Assembly (NCBI GenBank): GCA_011109175.1
Contig: RDEW01000079.1
Coordinates: 1 to 64,000 of the forward strand
Length of the DNA: 64,000 nucleotides
Source: Dicyema japonicum
Lineage: Eukaryota > Animalia > Dicyemida
Direction of reading: 5' to 3'
The notes under the pieces are model-generated. The model saw only the letters and a program-made list of their open reading frames with translations. It had not been told where the DNA came from and ran no database searches. The stretch's first letter is position 1; every line of letters starts with the position of its first letter. Below are positions 37,240-49,924 of this stretch, piece by piece. Both the position numbers and the translations under genes were made by a program.

Positions 37240-38520
37240 GGTTTTCCTTTGTTCGGAATCATGCGAACGATTGTCCTCTTCCATGCTTGAGGAACGTGTC
37301 ACCGAGGAAGACTTATTGGTGTTTTGCGGGATTCCTCGACGGGGACGGGGACTGTGTTAGAGTTCTATTGTCGAACACGGAACTGATGGTACGAATCGGG
37401 AGCACGTCATCCAGAAATTTTTCGACGACAGGGGTACCCCTCCTGAAGACTCCCTTTCCCCTTTGCTGTTCGTGATATACCTGGAGGCGGAACTGCACGA
37501 TCTTAGACGCTTTCAAATCACTGAAATTGTATACGCTACGATGTGGATTTTATATCACCTGATACAACAGCCTAGAGGCGGTTACTTGACGTTGCTCCAG
37601 CAGAGCTTGGAAAATGGTTCCTTACCGTGAATACAACTAAAAATGAAATCACGGAAATTCCCACATATGGGATCAAGATTGGATGAGGAATGGAGACGTT
37701 CCAGAAACCCTGGCTGACTCCTCGGAGATAGTGAGGACATAACCCGGAGGAAAGGCCATTGACAAAGTATTCGGCTTATGAAGAATTGAGGCATATTTAG
37801 ATAGTCACTTATTTCTTTGTTAGATTTTCCATTAATTGAATGTTCAACAATCATTTTTTTGGTTGAAAGGGAAATACTATTTCTTTTTTGTCCATATATT
37901 GCTCTTACTCTAACACAGAATTTCCCGAAAAACGTTAATGCTTGCTTATATGCGGTTTGAAAGCTAATGTTCAGAGGTTTAACACTAATGCTTGATGCGT
38001 CAACACTAATGCTTGCGCTTTCGACGCTAAAGCTCGGAAAACCCTATACTCTCGACGGTCGCGTTAAACAGGCTGAAAACGGATTGGGTGGCTAACAGGC
38101 CGACAATGATCGCGCTTCGTTTGCGCCTCTACGATGCTTTTGTGAAACCGGTACTACTATATAACTCCTCAATTTGGGAGATCTCGGCTTCGGAAATTAA
38201 AAGCCTCAACTCCTTCCATCGAATACAACTGCGAATACTATGCGGGGTATAATGGCCGACACTGATCAACAATGAGGCACTGAACCGAAAGTGCTCTGCG
38301 CGAGCTGTGACCTGCGACGTGATGGATGTCCGATGGAGACTGTTTGAACATGTCCTGCGGTTGGGCCCGACGTCACTTGCAAATCTGGCTATGGAGGAGT
38401 ACTTTGCTGCAAGTGAAAGAAATATCTGGGGCCCCCGCGTAAACACTACCAGAGATGCTGGACGCAGATCTCCAATCAATCAACCTCAGGCTTAAAAGTG
38501 GGGATGATCTGGATGCAATC
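37240..38520 (+). mobile_element. RTE RT fragment, interrupted by an IS630-like 5' end
   Basis: VLLSNTELMVRIG, DSLSPLLFVIYLE, LGKWFLTVN; after 38048 LYDAFVKPVLLYNSSIW, RWRLFEHVLR. Confidence 0.8.
37755..38047 (-). mobile_element. 5' end of the same IS630/Tc1-like family as 30911-33950
   Basis: Reverse complement aligns to 30909-31076 joined to 32570-32637 and 33204 onward. Confidence 0.85.
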
Positions 38521-39169
38521 AGGATTTTAGCATGCAACAGGAGAGGATGACAAAGGATTGTCGAGAAAATCGTTTCAAATCCCGCACGTGTGGAGATATA
38601 ACTATTATGTCTCTAAGGCAGTTGCTAATAATAATTATCGATCTGTTACTAATCTTCCTAGTCTGGGTTCGATTCCCAGGGGCTGCCTGTGCCGGAAACT
38701 TCGATTGGGCTTGACGAGCGACGCCGTTATAACATCTCATCACACACAGATTCCTAATATGATTGGACTTTCTAATGGGACGTCACGAGCTTTCTAGCGT
38801 CGTTGCAACCTCACACAGCCAAAAGAAAACGTATAAGACAAGGACTCAATAATTCCGGATTAAGTTCTCTTTCCGGTAAACGAAGACAGCAAAGATCATC
38901 TTTTCCTTGCCGTCCCCCCGAAGGATGTGTTCCAGTAAGATAATTGTTGTTTCCATATTTTCGCTACGAGCGACAACGGTGGTTTAATTTTTGCAAAAAT
39001 TTTTGCAGGTCCACGGTGGTTTTGCAATTCCGGATTAATTAGAATAATTAACTTCCTTGCTCTCTCTTTAAAAAGCTCTCTTTGTGCGGCTTAGCGCAAG
39101 CGAAATCTCAGTAACCTACGGGCCTCTGGTTTGCGATGCGTTTATTTTGATTCTTGTATGGTTCGTAAA

Positions 39170-40160
39170 AAGAATTCAAAGATTAATTATGAAACAAAAA
39201 TTAAAATTGCTAAAGATATAAAACATGGTCAATTTTCAGAAAGAGATATCGCTAAAAGTATAAAACGAGCAAAGGTATCTTTTTAAATAATTGTTTATTA
39301 CAGGTACTATTTCTCGCAATAAACAAAATTTGGTTAATTATTTTGACGTGGGATTAACTGAATGCAATCGAAACAAGGAATCATGCGATCCAAATAATCA
39401 ATCTTCTACACAAGAAAAATCGTCTACACTAGATAGATTAGTTTTTGAAACTTTTCTACATTTGAGAGTTGAATTTCTTACAATTTCTGGAATTATATTA
39501 AAACTCATTGCAAAAATAATTTCTACAAAAATAAATTATGAATCATTTAAGGCATCAAATAAATGGCTCGAACGGTTCAAGAAAAGGCACGAGTTGCTAT
39601 TCAAAAATATAAGTGGAGAAATGAATTCGTCTGACCTTGCTTCTGTATCCAATTTTTTCTCTGCTCGGAAACTGTAGGAAGTGAAAATATTTTCAACTGT
39701 GACGAAACAGCTTTATACATAAAGCGAACGCCGTCGAAATCTTTTGTTCAATTTAATGACAAATGTAATGGAATTAAAAAGAGTAAAGAAGGTTTCCCTT
39801 CTCTTTGTTGTAATGCACTTGGTGAAAAGTTAAAACCTCTATTAATTGGAAAATTCAAATCTCCTCGGTCTTTAAAAAATTTTAACACCGAGGATTACGG
39901 AGTACTAAATGCTGCTTCAAAAAATTCGTGGATGACTAGTGATATTTTTGCGAATTGGTTATGGAAAGTAAATCAAGATATGATTTATGAAAACAGAAAA
40001 ATTGTTTTAATACTGGAAAATGCGAGCTGTCACAGAAATGCAGAATATTCCAATGTTGATTTACTTTTTCTTCTAAAAAATACGACCGCTTTAATTAAAC
40101 CCTTAGATATGGGAATAATAAAATCCTTAAGTCCCTCTACTTCAATAAACTACTTGATTT
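39170..40160 (+). mobile_element. Tigger/pogo transposase remnant
   Basis: FKASNKWLERFKKRH, NIFNCDETAL, KPLLIGKFKSPR, WMTSDIFANWL, LILENASCH, PLDMGII. Confidence 0.85.
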
Positions 40161-40594
40161 TACCCTTATATTTGAGAAAGAACAGCTCTCTGATTTGAAT
40201 CTGAATAATATTTCAAAAAAAACAATGGCTACTAAACCTACAGTCACTCCAATCATTAAGTGGTTCGAAAAAATATGATATAGTCTACAGTAAGTGGTTC
40301 GAAAAAATATGATATAGTAAAATATTCAATGGCGAATCGCATATTTTAGAATTAATATAGTATTAATATTTAATACTATATTTGCCGATCAAAATTAAAA
40401 AAATAAATGGGTAGAGCCATACGTGTCGGCCACCCATATGAGCCGACCGTGACATAATATATATAATATATAATAAATTTAGAGTTGCTGTTGAAATAAT
40501 TCTAGTTGTTGTTGTATGGAGTATCGTCACGTCATTGATGCTCAAAAAACTATTAATAAATAATAATTTGAAGAGTCACTTCAAAAATTACTTT

Positions 40595-40665
40595 CGATAG
40601 ACAAAAGGTCTGGCATCGTTCGCGGCAACGCACACTGCGTCCTTGCCGCTGGGCATCCTAATTAA
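40595..40665 (+). mobile_element. CRE 3'-end fragment
   Basis: GIVRGNAHCVLAAG*. Confidence 0.5.
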
Positions 40666-40789
40666 TTTCATAACATTGATTTTTGTCCGAATTTAAAAAA
40701 AAAGATAGACAAAAAGAAGATTAAAAACACCTATTTTCTCATTGCACTGCATAGAAAGATAGGGCGAAACTAATTACCGTTAAAAAATA

Positions 40790-41050
40790 TAATTTCTAAA
40801 ATAGGTTTGTGTATATAATCCAAAAAGTATTAAATAAATGGTTGAAATGAAAAAAAGATTAAATTATTGTCAAAATAGCCCGAATTCAATTACAGAATAT
40901 CGAATATCATATGAAATTCTGTAAGTCAACAATATATTTAATCAATTTTGATACAAAAACAAACCATTAATATAATAGAATACAATTTGATAAATAAATA
41001 AAACAATGCACCACAAGAAAATTAACCACGAGTTGCAACGTGTTACATTT
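40790..41050. repeat. Dispersed AT-rich repeat, also at about 51390-51650 and 61775-62030
   Basis: Shared AATTCAATTACAGAATATCGAATAT.ATATGAAATTCTGTAAGTCA.CAATATATTT core and flanks. Confidence 0.8.
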
Positions 41051-41274
41051 ATTATAAAAATTAGCGTTTATAAAAAAAAGTAAATGATAAGTAATTAATT
41101 AAATTTTTATTTTGGCTGTATTATTAATAACTAAGTATTTTTTAAATCTGCCGGAGGTTAATCGATTTACGGCTTATTGATTTTTACGGCATTTTACGGC
41201 AACGGCTCGTTGTCAACCTGGGCTCATTGTCAACCTGTCACAATAATTAAACATTAAAATCTATATAATATAGA

Positions 41275-42160
41275 TTTAAGAATTTTCTCGAAGATGTTGA
41301 TGCTGAGTATGGAGATTTGCTCATGCATTATTATTATTGCCCCATTTGCTCATGCATACAACCGTACGATGGTTGAGTCGGGAGCATGTCTAAAAAGGTT
41401 GTATAAATTTTAAATAAATCGCATTTAGATTTTATGACCTTCTCCCGGAGATGATAAATTTTATTGACAATAAGATATTTATCTTCAGCCTACTGATAAG
41501 GAGTGGATTACGGATTTAGCATTTATGGTTGATATTTCTACACACCTTTCGATTTTGAATACTTCTCTGCAGGGTAAGAACAAACTATGTCATGAGTTAT
41601 ACGGACTGGTTTCTGCATTTATCGAAAAACTACACCTTTTCAAAATACAAATTGCAAGTAGAGTTACCATTCATTTTCCAATACTTCAAACTACAAGCAA
41701 GGAGGAAGATATATGAAAAAATATACATCTGTTATTAGTGACTTAATCGATGAATTCAAAACACGTTTTAATGATTTTAAAGAAGCTCTACCTATTATGC
41801 AAATATTTTTCGTCACCTATGGAAACAGATGCTGTAACCGCTCCATATGTATATCAGCTGGAGCTTGTTGAAATGCAGGCAGATTTACAACTTACCGCGC
41901 TATTTAAGTCCAGTGAACTATTGGATTTTTGGAGTCGAATTCCACAATGGAAATATCCGAACTTGGTCGATAATGCTCCAAAAAAATGCATCAGTCTTCG
42001 GATCAACGTATAATGTGAAGCTCTTTTCAGTAAACTTACGCGAATAAAAAGTAAGTATCGAAATCGATTGACTGATGAACACCTAATACATCGTCTTCGA
42101 ACTTTACTCCTCGTTTCGATAAAATAGTAGACGCCAAGCAAAATCAAATCAATTTTTTTC
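41275..42160 (+). mobile_element. hAT (SPIN/GTF2IRD2-like) transposase C-terminal half, decayed
   Basis: EYGDLLMH, VRWLSR, DLAFMVDISTHLSILNTSLQG, FGSTY, KSKYRNRLTDEHL. Confidence 0.85.
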
Positions 42161-42300
42161 GGAATGCCACTTTTTAGCATTAGTCAATATTTTTCTCGAA
42201 TGCCACTTTTAGCATTAGTCAATATTTTTCTCGGAATGCCACTTTTTAGCATTAGTCAATATTTTTTTCGGAATGCCACTTTTTTAGTCTTAGTCAATTT
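42150..42300. repeat. About 36-38-bp tandem repeat, four units
   Basis: GGAATGCCACTTTTTAGCATTAGTCAATATTTTTCTC units, head to tail. Confidence 0.85.
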
Positions 42301-42344
42301 TTTTGTTATTAAATAAATAATTATTTTATTTTTTAAATAATGCG

Positions 42345-42600
42345 TTATAATTTAATACGAAGCGGCCCCGCCGACATTATCGACGTTGCGTTGCCTCTCA
42401 CGACAGAGATCAACTGGAGAAGCCACCAAGTCTCACGTGCGTCGTATCATTTGAATTTGGCCAAGCGTCCAAGTTTCTTCAGGAATCGGAGCGATTTTCC
42501 ACATATTCCTCCAGTTATCTCGATTACTATCGGATAGAACGCGAATCGGTCGCGCACTCCGTACGGACTTTCGAATTTCTTGAGTGCAAGTGAAGGATTG
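42345..42600 (-). mobile_element. CRE RLE C-terminal fragment
   Basis: FAFYPIVIEITGGICG...ETWWLLQLISVVRGNA. Confidence 0.7.
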
Positions 42601-42729
42601 GTACCATAGTTCTTTTTAATCCTTATTTACAATTTAGAATAATTTGAGTTTACCCTATCTCCAATTTTAAATGAATGTTTTGAATAATGAACCCCCATTT
42701 TTTGTTCATTTTTTGGAATATCGAGATGT

Positions 42730-43147
42730 CACATCGGTGGGCCTGAAAATTAAAAGCAAAATTCTATGTTTTTTGAATCTATTCTATATTTTGCGAATTT
42801 TAACTAACCATCTGAATTAAGGACTTGAAAATTTGCAAATTTCACAATCGGCAACAATTTTACGGATTATTTGTCGTATTTGCAGTAAAGTATCTTTCAT
42901 GGCACATGTTCTCGAGAGTGTTATGTCCACAATGCGAGATGAATTTGGCTAGCCACCAATTTCATCTCGTCAACGTTGTCCGTCGAAATCACTAATTTGT
43001 GGTTTCCACACGGCTGTTTGAAGTATATTCTTCCATTGATTAACATAAATTTTCAGCTTTCTTTTTAAAGCAGTAAACTTTTTGTCTCGATTGATTTTCG
43101 ATATTTTGTCCATTTAAAACTTGTTCTAGCAATCGATACTCATCCAT
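42730..43147 (-). mobile_element. Ginger-like integrase transposon, N-terminal fragment
   Basis: MDEYRLLEQVL...INGRIYFK...HCGHNTLE...IIRKIVADCEICKFS (HHCC zinc region), homologous to 56050-56430. Confidence 0.7.
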
Positions 43148-43276
43148 ATCTTTACAAAAGAACGCGACATAAGTAACCCAGAAGAAACACGCCTTTATAT
43201 ATATATTACAATTACAGATGTATGTCGTAATGTGTTCATCAGCCAATAATTGATGGTATGATAGTTGATCAGTTAG

Positions 43277-44568
43277 GTATACTGTCGACTCCGAGATCTG
43301 TCCAAGACGACACATTATCGCATTACACGACGGACGGAGGACAATATCGTGGGGGGAAGGGAAGGCAAGTGAGGACGTCGCACCACTTTTGACGGGGTGT
43401 ACGAACGAGGGTGCAGTCAGGAAGAGTTGTTCGAAAAGTGTTGCCTGCCTCTGGTGGGGAAGCTGTTTTCGGGGGAGGACAGTGTGGTGATGGTATACGG
43501 GGTGACTGGGTCGGGAAAGACACATACAATGATTGGGGAGAATAACAAGGGGGGTGTGCTGTCTAATTCGGTCAAGTACATGTTTGACTGTTCCAAGTCG
43601 AGTGAAGTGTGTGTCCTACATCGAAATTGACAACAACTACATCTACGACCTGCTGGAGGAGGAGTGAGTGGTGTCTCTAATGCGCAGACACCGACCTCCA
43701 AGAAGATCCGGGAGGACAAGTCCTGTTATGTGCACAACGTGGTGGAGAGGAGTGTGGCCGACTACTCTCAGACGATGGAAGTGCTGGCCCGAGGTTGGTA
43801 GTCCTCCCCAATGGTAGGAAACAAACGACGGCGAGTGCGCTCGACTGCCTCAATCCCACTTCCTCCCCGCAGTCATGCAATATTTACCGTCAAGTTGAAT
43901 GGGGTATGTCTCCTCATTCACTCACTAGGTCCCTGAGCTGTCCTTCGTAGACTATGCCGGCAGTGAAAGGGCGATTCGCACCAACAACCAGGGTGCCACA
44001 GTCCGCGAGACAGGTTGTCTCTTCTCGTCACTCCTGGCCACATCAACAACTCTCTCATGGCTCTGAGCAGTTGGATTGAGTACATCAAGGAGAATCCGAT
44101 AAAGCTGCCAAGTTGACTACTCTTTTCAAGACATACTTCCACGGGGCAGGACATATGTCCATTATTGTGTGGTGCAAACCATCCGACTACGAGGATAACA
44201 TGGTACTCCATCTTCACTATCACAGAAAGTCATGCAGTTTGCACAGACTGCTACACAAGTCCACCTGTCCTACCCCACTCTCCACAACTGTTGCAGTACT
44301 ATCACTACTCTCACTCATAGATATCCCTCCTTTGGATGTCCTTCTCACACTAACACCCTTTGATTCCATGGACGACGTCGACCTCTTTTATGCCCGCCTG
44401 CAAGACGTCATTAGACAGGCAGGTGCCATCCTCCACTTTTCTCGCTCCCCTCCCACCATTAAGAACCACTCATTTCAAAGACACCCCTCAAAACTAATCG
44501 TCCCAGACCTCAAAAAAGTTAATGTCCCCCGTAACAAAAAAATGTTTAAAAGATTTTATTTGAATTAA
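43277..44568 (+). pseudogene. KIF23: Kinesin-6 (KIF23/MKLP1/pavarotti-like), several lesions (pseudogene or consensus errors)
   Basis: VYCRLR, YGVTGSGKTHTM, SYIEIDNNYIYDLLEE, RSHAIFTVKL, FVDYAGSER, HINNSL, KLTTLFKTYFHG, EDNM^KVMQFA. Introns 43794-43817, 43904-43928, 44203-44225. In-frame TGA at 43370 and several indels. Confidence 0.85.
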
Positions 44569-44624
44569 AACTTTGAATTTGTTTTTTATTCAACAATCAA
44601 TAGCCTTATTTTATTGGAGTATAT

Positions 44625-44880
44625 TTTAGCGCGCGTATGTGGTTCACCGTTTATGGTGGCGTTGATACAATCTTAAATTATATCCGAAAAGAACCATTAG
44701 TCAACATTCATCCAGTTGACCCCCCTGGACAGCGCTTCTTCCAAGTTCGTGCACTTTCCCGGTGGCGGCTCATCATCTCCGGAGATGTTGAGGAAAATTC
44801 TCGACCTAGAAAGAAGCTCAATATATTGAGACTGAATATCAACGGAGTTAGAGGCAAGCGCGATCCTGCATTTTAGCGCC
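44625..44880 (+). mobile_element. Second Ingi/Vingi-like 5' end with decayed 2A motif
   Basis: MWFTVYGG...RWRLIISGDVEENSRP-RKKLNILRLNINGVRGK; 5' DNA matches 7195-7150. Confidence 0.8.
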
Positions 44881-45054
44881 CTAAAATCTAAGAAGATCAA
44901 TTTCTACTAAATGTTGAATTTTTATTGTTATATTTTTTTTTATAAATTATTAAAAAATTAGAAGTATAATTTTCGTAATTGTAACATAAAGTTCACTTAG
45001 AAGACCTGCTGCTTCGATATATATTGTTAAAACAACTCTGCCCACTTCAGATTT

Positions 45055-45210
45055 GTGGACTTTGAGATTTCACATCGTGATATTGTCCACATGTTATTAA
45101 CCACTCGTGATGCTGTCGATTGGTTTGCCAAATATCGGCTGATACTAAACTCGATGGCTTGTAGTTCTTGTGGAGAAAATTGCACCCTTGTTGCATACGT
45201 TCAACGGGAG
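45055..45210 (+). mobile_element. Possible Merlin/IS1016-like transposase N-terminal remnant
   Basis: DAVDWFAKYRLI.NSMACSSCG pattern. Confidence 0.35.
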
Positions 45211-45284
45211 AAGTGTGGAAAGCCATTCGGCACGTGGCGAGGGGTGACGCAAGCGAAACTGCAGAAGAATATGATTAAACAGAT

Positions 45285-45548
45285 GTGAACAACCTAATCA
45301 AATTCTACGCGAAGATAGCTCACAAGGAGCACAGAAAATCGGATACACTCACTTCTAACAGAAGACTTAAGAAACGGTCCGCACCTTTTTTTTTCTTGGC
45401 AATAGAGGTGGTGGATACTTTACATTCCACAAAAACGACGTTCTTTCACGGTCCGGACAAAATACCGGTCATTCTATTTAAAAATCTTGGTGAAAAAGAA
45501 GTCGCATTTCTAACAGCTATCTTTAACTATTCGATCAACCATAATTAA
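45285..45548 (+). mobile_element. LINE RT N-terminal fragment
   Basis: HGPDKIPVILFKNLG...LTAIFNYSI. Confidence 0.6.
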
Positions 45549-45584
45549 TGAGAGCTATGGAACTGTGATCTTTTTTTGATAACT

Positions 45585-45775
45585 TCATCAATACCTCCGG
45601 AATCGTCGGCAAGGCTGCTGCTCAACTCCTCACCGACATTGGCAGGAAAATCTTTTCAAAAACATACGACTGGAGGGAGACGAGCTGGCTTTCCAGCGAA
45701 TCTCGGTCGCTGTGCTCCTCGGAAACTGCCACTCAATACGCAGCGCGGCGTCGTTGAGCTGACCCTCAGGCTCTC
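45585..45775 (+). mobile_element. CRE 3'-end fragment
   Basis: SGIVGKAAAQLLTDIGRKI...WL.QRISVAVLLGNCHSI. Confidence 0.7.
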
Positions 45776-45779
45776 GACT

Positions 45780-46067
45780 TTTCTCTCAGTTTTTAATTTT
45801 TGTTTATTAAAAAAAACTTCATCAATATTTGGTTTTAAATTGCTGCATCCTATCATAAGAATTGATTTTAAGTGTCTGTCAGTCAATCTTGCACGATGGG
45901 CAGACTGAATATATTTCATCCTCGAAAACGTTTGCTCACATTGGTAAGTTGTGCCAAATATAGAAATCATCTTTATCGCAAAATTCTTAGTCTCGGAAAC
46001 TCATCATCCTTGAGATATTTGTAGAACTCAGCGAGTTTGGCCCGCGGGCCGTAGTTGGTGACCCCTG
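45780..46067 (-). mobile_element. hAT deletion derivative (terminus joined to C-terminal coding part)
   Basis: CAGGGGTCACCAACTACGGCCCGCGGGCCAAA terminus; IFGTTYQCEQTFSRMK...RLTDRHL. Confidence 0.85.
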
Positions 46068-46092
46068 TTCTAAGTGGACGAAGGGGAAGGGT

Positions 46093-46620
46093 GTGCCTCG
46101 GTGGGCTATAGTTTACGCCTCGACTCCTGCCCAACGGTGTACCCCAAGGATCCCCTTATCCCCAGCACTCTTCAACCTCTTCCTGGAAGATCTCCCGCCC
46201 CCCATCGACAATAATGATGTTATCCTATCTTATGCGGATGACATCGTATTGGCCTCACGGGACCGGGACATCCAGAAGGCTTCTGAAAGGCTCCAAGCCA
46301 ACTTGGATCGACTCAACGTTTGGCTAACGGATAACCGACCGAAGTCCGTAACGTCCTTTTTCACATCTGATAAAAGATTGGGAAGGAAGACAGTCGATTT
46401 GACTCTGAACAACGTGCCCATTCCCTTCACCAGAAGTCAGACGGTGCTAGGGGTAATCCTTGACATGCACCTCTGCTTCTCGCCACAAGCAGACAACCTA
46501 CTTCGCAAATGTGAAAAGAAAACGAACGTACTCAGAAGTCTATCCGGTTTATGGAGAAACGGTTCTCACCCGGTATTGGCGAATATCTATCGCCAACACT
46601 TTGAACCGTCTCTAGTCCGG
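46093..46620 (+). mobile_element. Ingi/Vingi-like RT fragment
   Basis: LSPALFNLFLEDL...SYADDI...VLGVILD.HLCF. Confidence 0.8.
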
Positions 46621-46885
46621 ATAAGTTTTGTTAAAAAGCCACAAATACATCCATTCCACAATTGTCTCATCCTGAACCCTTTGATGGAAAAAAATATGCT
46701 TTTTCTAAGCGTGAGAATATTTTGCAATTAAAATCTGTCCCGATTATTGGAAAAAGTGAAGAGAATAATAGTAAATTAATTTTTTCGACCTGTTTTTTCC
46801 TCTACTCCAATTTCGGATGTCCAATGTGATACAGAAGAGAAATGCCGTTTAGCTTATTTTAATTTCTCCAAGTGTATCACCTTTA

Positions 46886-47423
46886 ATGGATCCTCATATC
46901 CCCGAAGAATGTTTAACTATTCCGACTGGCGATGCCTCTGCAGTGGTTTGTGAATCTCCTGGTGAAGGGATGAATATTATTGAAAAGAAAGATTCAGGTG
47001 AGTATATATCAGAGTATATTGAACTAGTTGTGAAAGATTCTAGCTCAGTTTATGTAATTCCGGAACAACCAGTAACTAAATACACAAAATATCAAATTGT
47101 TAAAGACACTGTGACCGAAACAGTGGTTGACCCTTCTTGTGAAACAGAATCTGAGTATTCACTGTTTAATGGAGGTTTTTCTTAGGAGAAATAAATTTCG
47201 TGTAAAAAATCTCGTAAGAAAAATCAAACCAGTCAAGATCTCTCAAGATATCAATCTTCCAAAGTGTGGGACTATGAGTACGGACTATGTCAGTGATGAA
47301 ACACTGAAAACGTTCTTCAAAGAGAACAAAATACTTTACGGTCCATTTAAAAGATTTACTCGTTCTACCTATCTTAGAACATGCAAAAAACTATATTACT
47401 TTCAAACTACGTATAAAAAATAA
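46886..47423 (+). CDS. Hypothetical protein, about 168 aa, at least 2 exons
   Basis: Two ORFs joined in frame by a 31-nt GT-AG intron (GTATTC...TCTTAG); TAA at 47423 is convergent with the HSP70 fragment. No recognisable domain. Confidence 0.45.
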
Positions 47424-47503
47424 ATGAGATATTAAACTAATTGATAAAACAAGTGAAAAAATTAGGCCAACAACTAAGGTTATTTATTCTGCCCTTCCTG
47501 ACC

Positions 47504-48060
47504 TCATGAATCATTCTTATTATCAGTTTTATTTTCGCTTTGACTATTTCTCTCATCAGCCATTTTTCGATAAATATTCTCAAACACTCGCAGTGAACTC
47601 GACTGTAATTCGTTTGTAGAATTCTTCAATTCATCCAACCCCACATTCTCCTTCTTTAACATCTCCTTCACTTTCTCGACCTTCTCCTTCAACTGGTCAG
47701 AATCTTCCTGAGACATTTTGTCTTTAAATTCAATCACTTAGATTCTGTGTCGTGAACAATCCCATCAGCAGAATTACAAGCTTCAACGCGTTCCTACAAT
47801 GAATTAATATGATTGCAGAAAACTCTTCTCTCAGAATCCATTTTAAAAAAATTTGTCCGTCCTCAACCATTCGCTCAATATCCTCTTTACTGAGGCCTCC
47901 GGAGGATTTCAAAATGACTGGAACTAATAAAATGAGGAATACTTTGCTGTTCCTTTCCAGTTCCTTTATCTCTTGCACTTACATTGACTATTCCATTCGC
48001 ATCAATATCAAAAGTGACCTCTATTTGAGGAATTCCTCGAGGTGCTGGTGGGATCCCAAC
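47504..48060 (-). pseudogene. HSPA9: Mitochondrial HSP70 (mortalin) C-terminal fragment, copy 2
   Basis: [39 protein letters not shown]^ (25-nt intron 47942-47918)...QSSSLRVFENIYRKMADER; indels differ from copy 1. Confidence 0.85.
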
Positions 48061-48179
48061 CTTGGATAATATTAAAAACTTAAAACCAAAAAGCTGAGAT
48101 TCTTTGATATAATTTGTACTCGGCATCAAAAAATTTGATTCAACAACAAAAATTATTTTAAATAATAAGAGAGGCTTCG

Positions 48180-48900
48180 GAGAAAACATATGGTGACCTT
48201 CGGCATTCCTGCCCTTTCGGTTCAGCACACACGCTCGCCTCTCTACACTCCAAGGTTAAAACTTACCGTCTACCTGCCACCCATCATTATCTTCTCTAGA
48301 CCTCAGGGAGGCTTTGAGGGACAATTCCTGGGAGTTGGAGAGCTCCTCTCGCCATCTACCATAGCTAGCCAGATGGCTCGTCTTCTGACTTCTTAAGCGC
48401 GTCTACGTACTTCTCCCTGTCTCTCAGAAGGCCAAGCATGGACGCCGTGGTCAATCGGGTAACACATGGCGTTAAAAACGCGAACCAGGCACCTCTCCTC
48501 AAGTGGAAAGCACGCAACGCGCCTAATCGCTGCATTGCACGCATTTTAGTACGTGCAATGTGATCATCAAACTTACGGACTGCTTGAAGAGCACGCCCAA
48601 GTAAGTCATCCGATAAAATACAGCGATTGCTGACTCTCTTAGCGATAACCTAGGGATAAAATTAGTGTAACCCCTCGTCTTTTTACAGACTTTAAGGACA
48701 CTGCACTTGTCCGCACACATCTTTAATCCCTACTCCCACACCAGTTTACAAGCCATCCACAAACCTGTAGCCTACGACACGCACACTCGGGTTTCATCGA
48801 CTGATCCAGAGATAATGTCGTCTGCATAGATCACCATTTCTGTACGAGCATTGGCTGGCATAGGCGCTGAGGCATAAAGACATTGAATAGTGTGGATCAA
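48180..48900 (-). mobile_element. Decayed LINE RT C-terminal fragment (its 3' part is also at about 36130-36315)
   Basis: MVIYADDII, TYLGVLF, KIITG, REASV. Confidence 0.6.
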
Positions 48901-48959
48901 TTTCGTCATATAACGGATATCTTGGCCGACTGGCGCCAAAATACATGATCGCCTTCTGA

Positions 48960-49540
48960 TGGTCTATCCTCGTCGTTTTTATTTTCTTTTTTTTCATTTT
49001 TATACCCAAGAGACAATGTTTTTGAAAGCTTCCTTTCTCTTTTTCTCAAGTTCGTCATCACTGTCATGTTCCAAATCCTCTTTTTCTGTATCATCACTGT
49101 TATGTCCCACAAGCTCTTTTCGATGTGTTTCACTAACTGAATTGCAATTCTTGATTCCCATCTGCTTTGTTGTCGAGTGAATAGTGTAATTATAATCCTC
49201 GACAATATCTTTGATAATATTGACATAACGTCAAAAACAATTTTTTGATTCACTGGTCGAGAAATCCAACCTTTTACACTCTTATTAAATCTAAAATTAA
49301 TTAATACAGAAAACAATTTTCTATATGTCCCTGTACCCAAGGGGTCCGTGGTCTTCCAAATACGTGCGAAATACTATACTTCTCGCATAGTTCGTCCATC
49401 TTGGAATTCTTAAATTCTTTTCCGTTATCAGTATGCAGGATGATAGGTGGTCCAACAAAATAAATAATCCGTTGTAAGCTAGAACAACCTCATCGGCAGA
49501 TTTCGTTTTAATAACCTCAACCATGGCATATTTAAAAAAG
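48960..49540 (-). mobile_element. Ginger-like integrase fragment (core and acidic tail)
   Basis: KTKSADEV...GPPIILHTDNGKEFKN...GRPRTPWVQGHIE. Confidence 0.75.
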
Positions 49541-49924
49541 AATCTATCACATTTAATACCTAGCTATTTATTAATATTTAAATACCATGAATATGAGTCG
49601 TTCAACGATGAATAACGTCGTAAATCGACTAAGTCTGCAATATATCGTCACGTGGTCTGCTCGCAATGATGGGTGTGATCTCTTGTTTTGATGTTCACTA
49701 ATCGTTTTGACTAATTTTAAATAAAGAAACGTATTTGACAAAAGTTACATCTACCGATAGTCTCTGCAATCTCTATCCTTCTCAAATTATAATACTGCAT
49801 CTTAGCTTGTATGCAGCCTATCCCTCCCAAAATTATTTTTATTGTGCTCGGTCTAGTGAAATAACACTTTAATAAACCTCTATCTTTTCTTTTTTATCTA
49901 AACGCTTGAGACATCATTTTATTT

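Noticed and set aside
42150-42300. 36-38-bp repeats as a CRISPR-like array
   Set aside because: Units are contiguous with no unique spacers, no cas genes are present and the context is eukaryotic; ordinary subterminal tandem repeat.
43370-43372. In-frame TGA in the kinesin as evidence of a variant genetic code or selenocysteine
   Set aside because: The same gene has several indels, and WDR12 and other genes read normally under the standard code.
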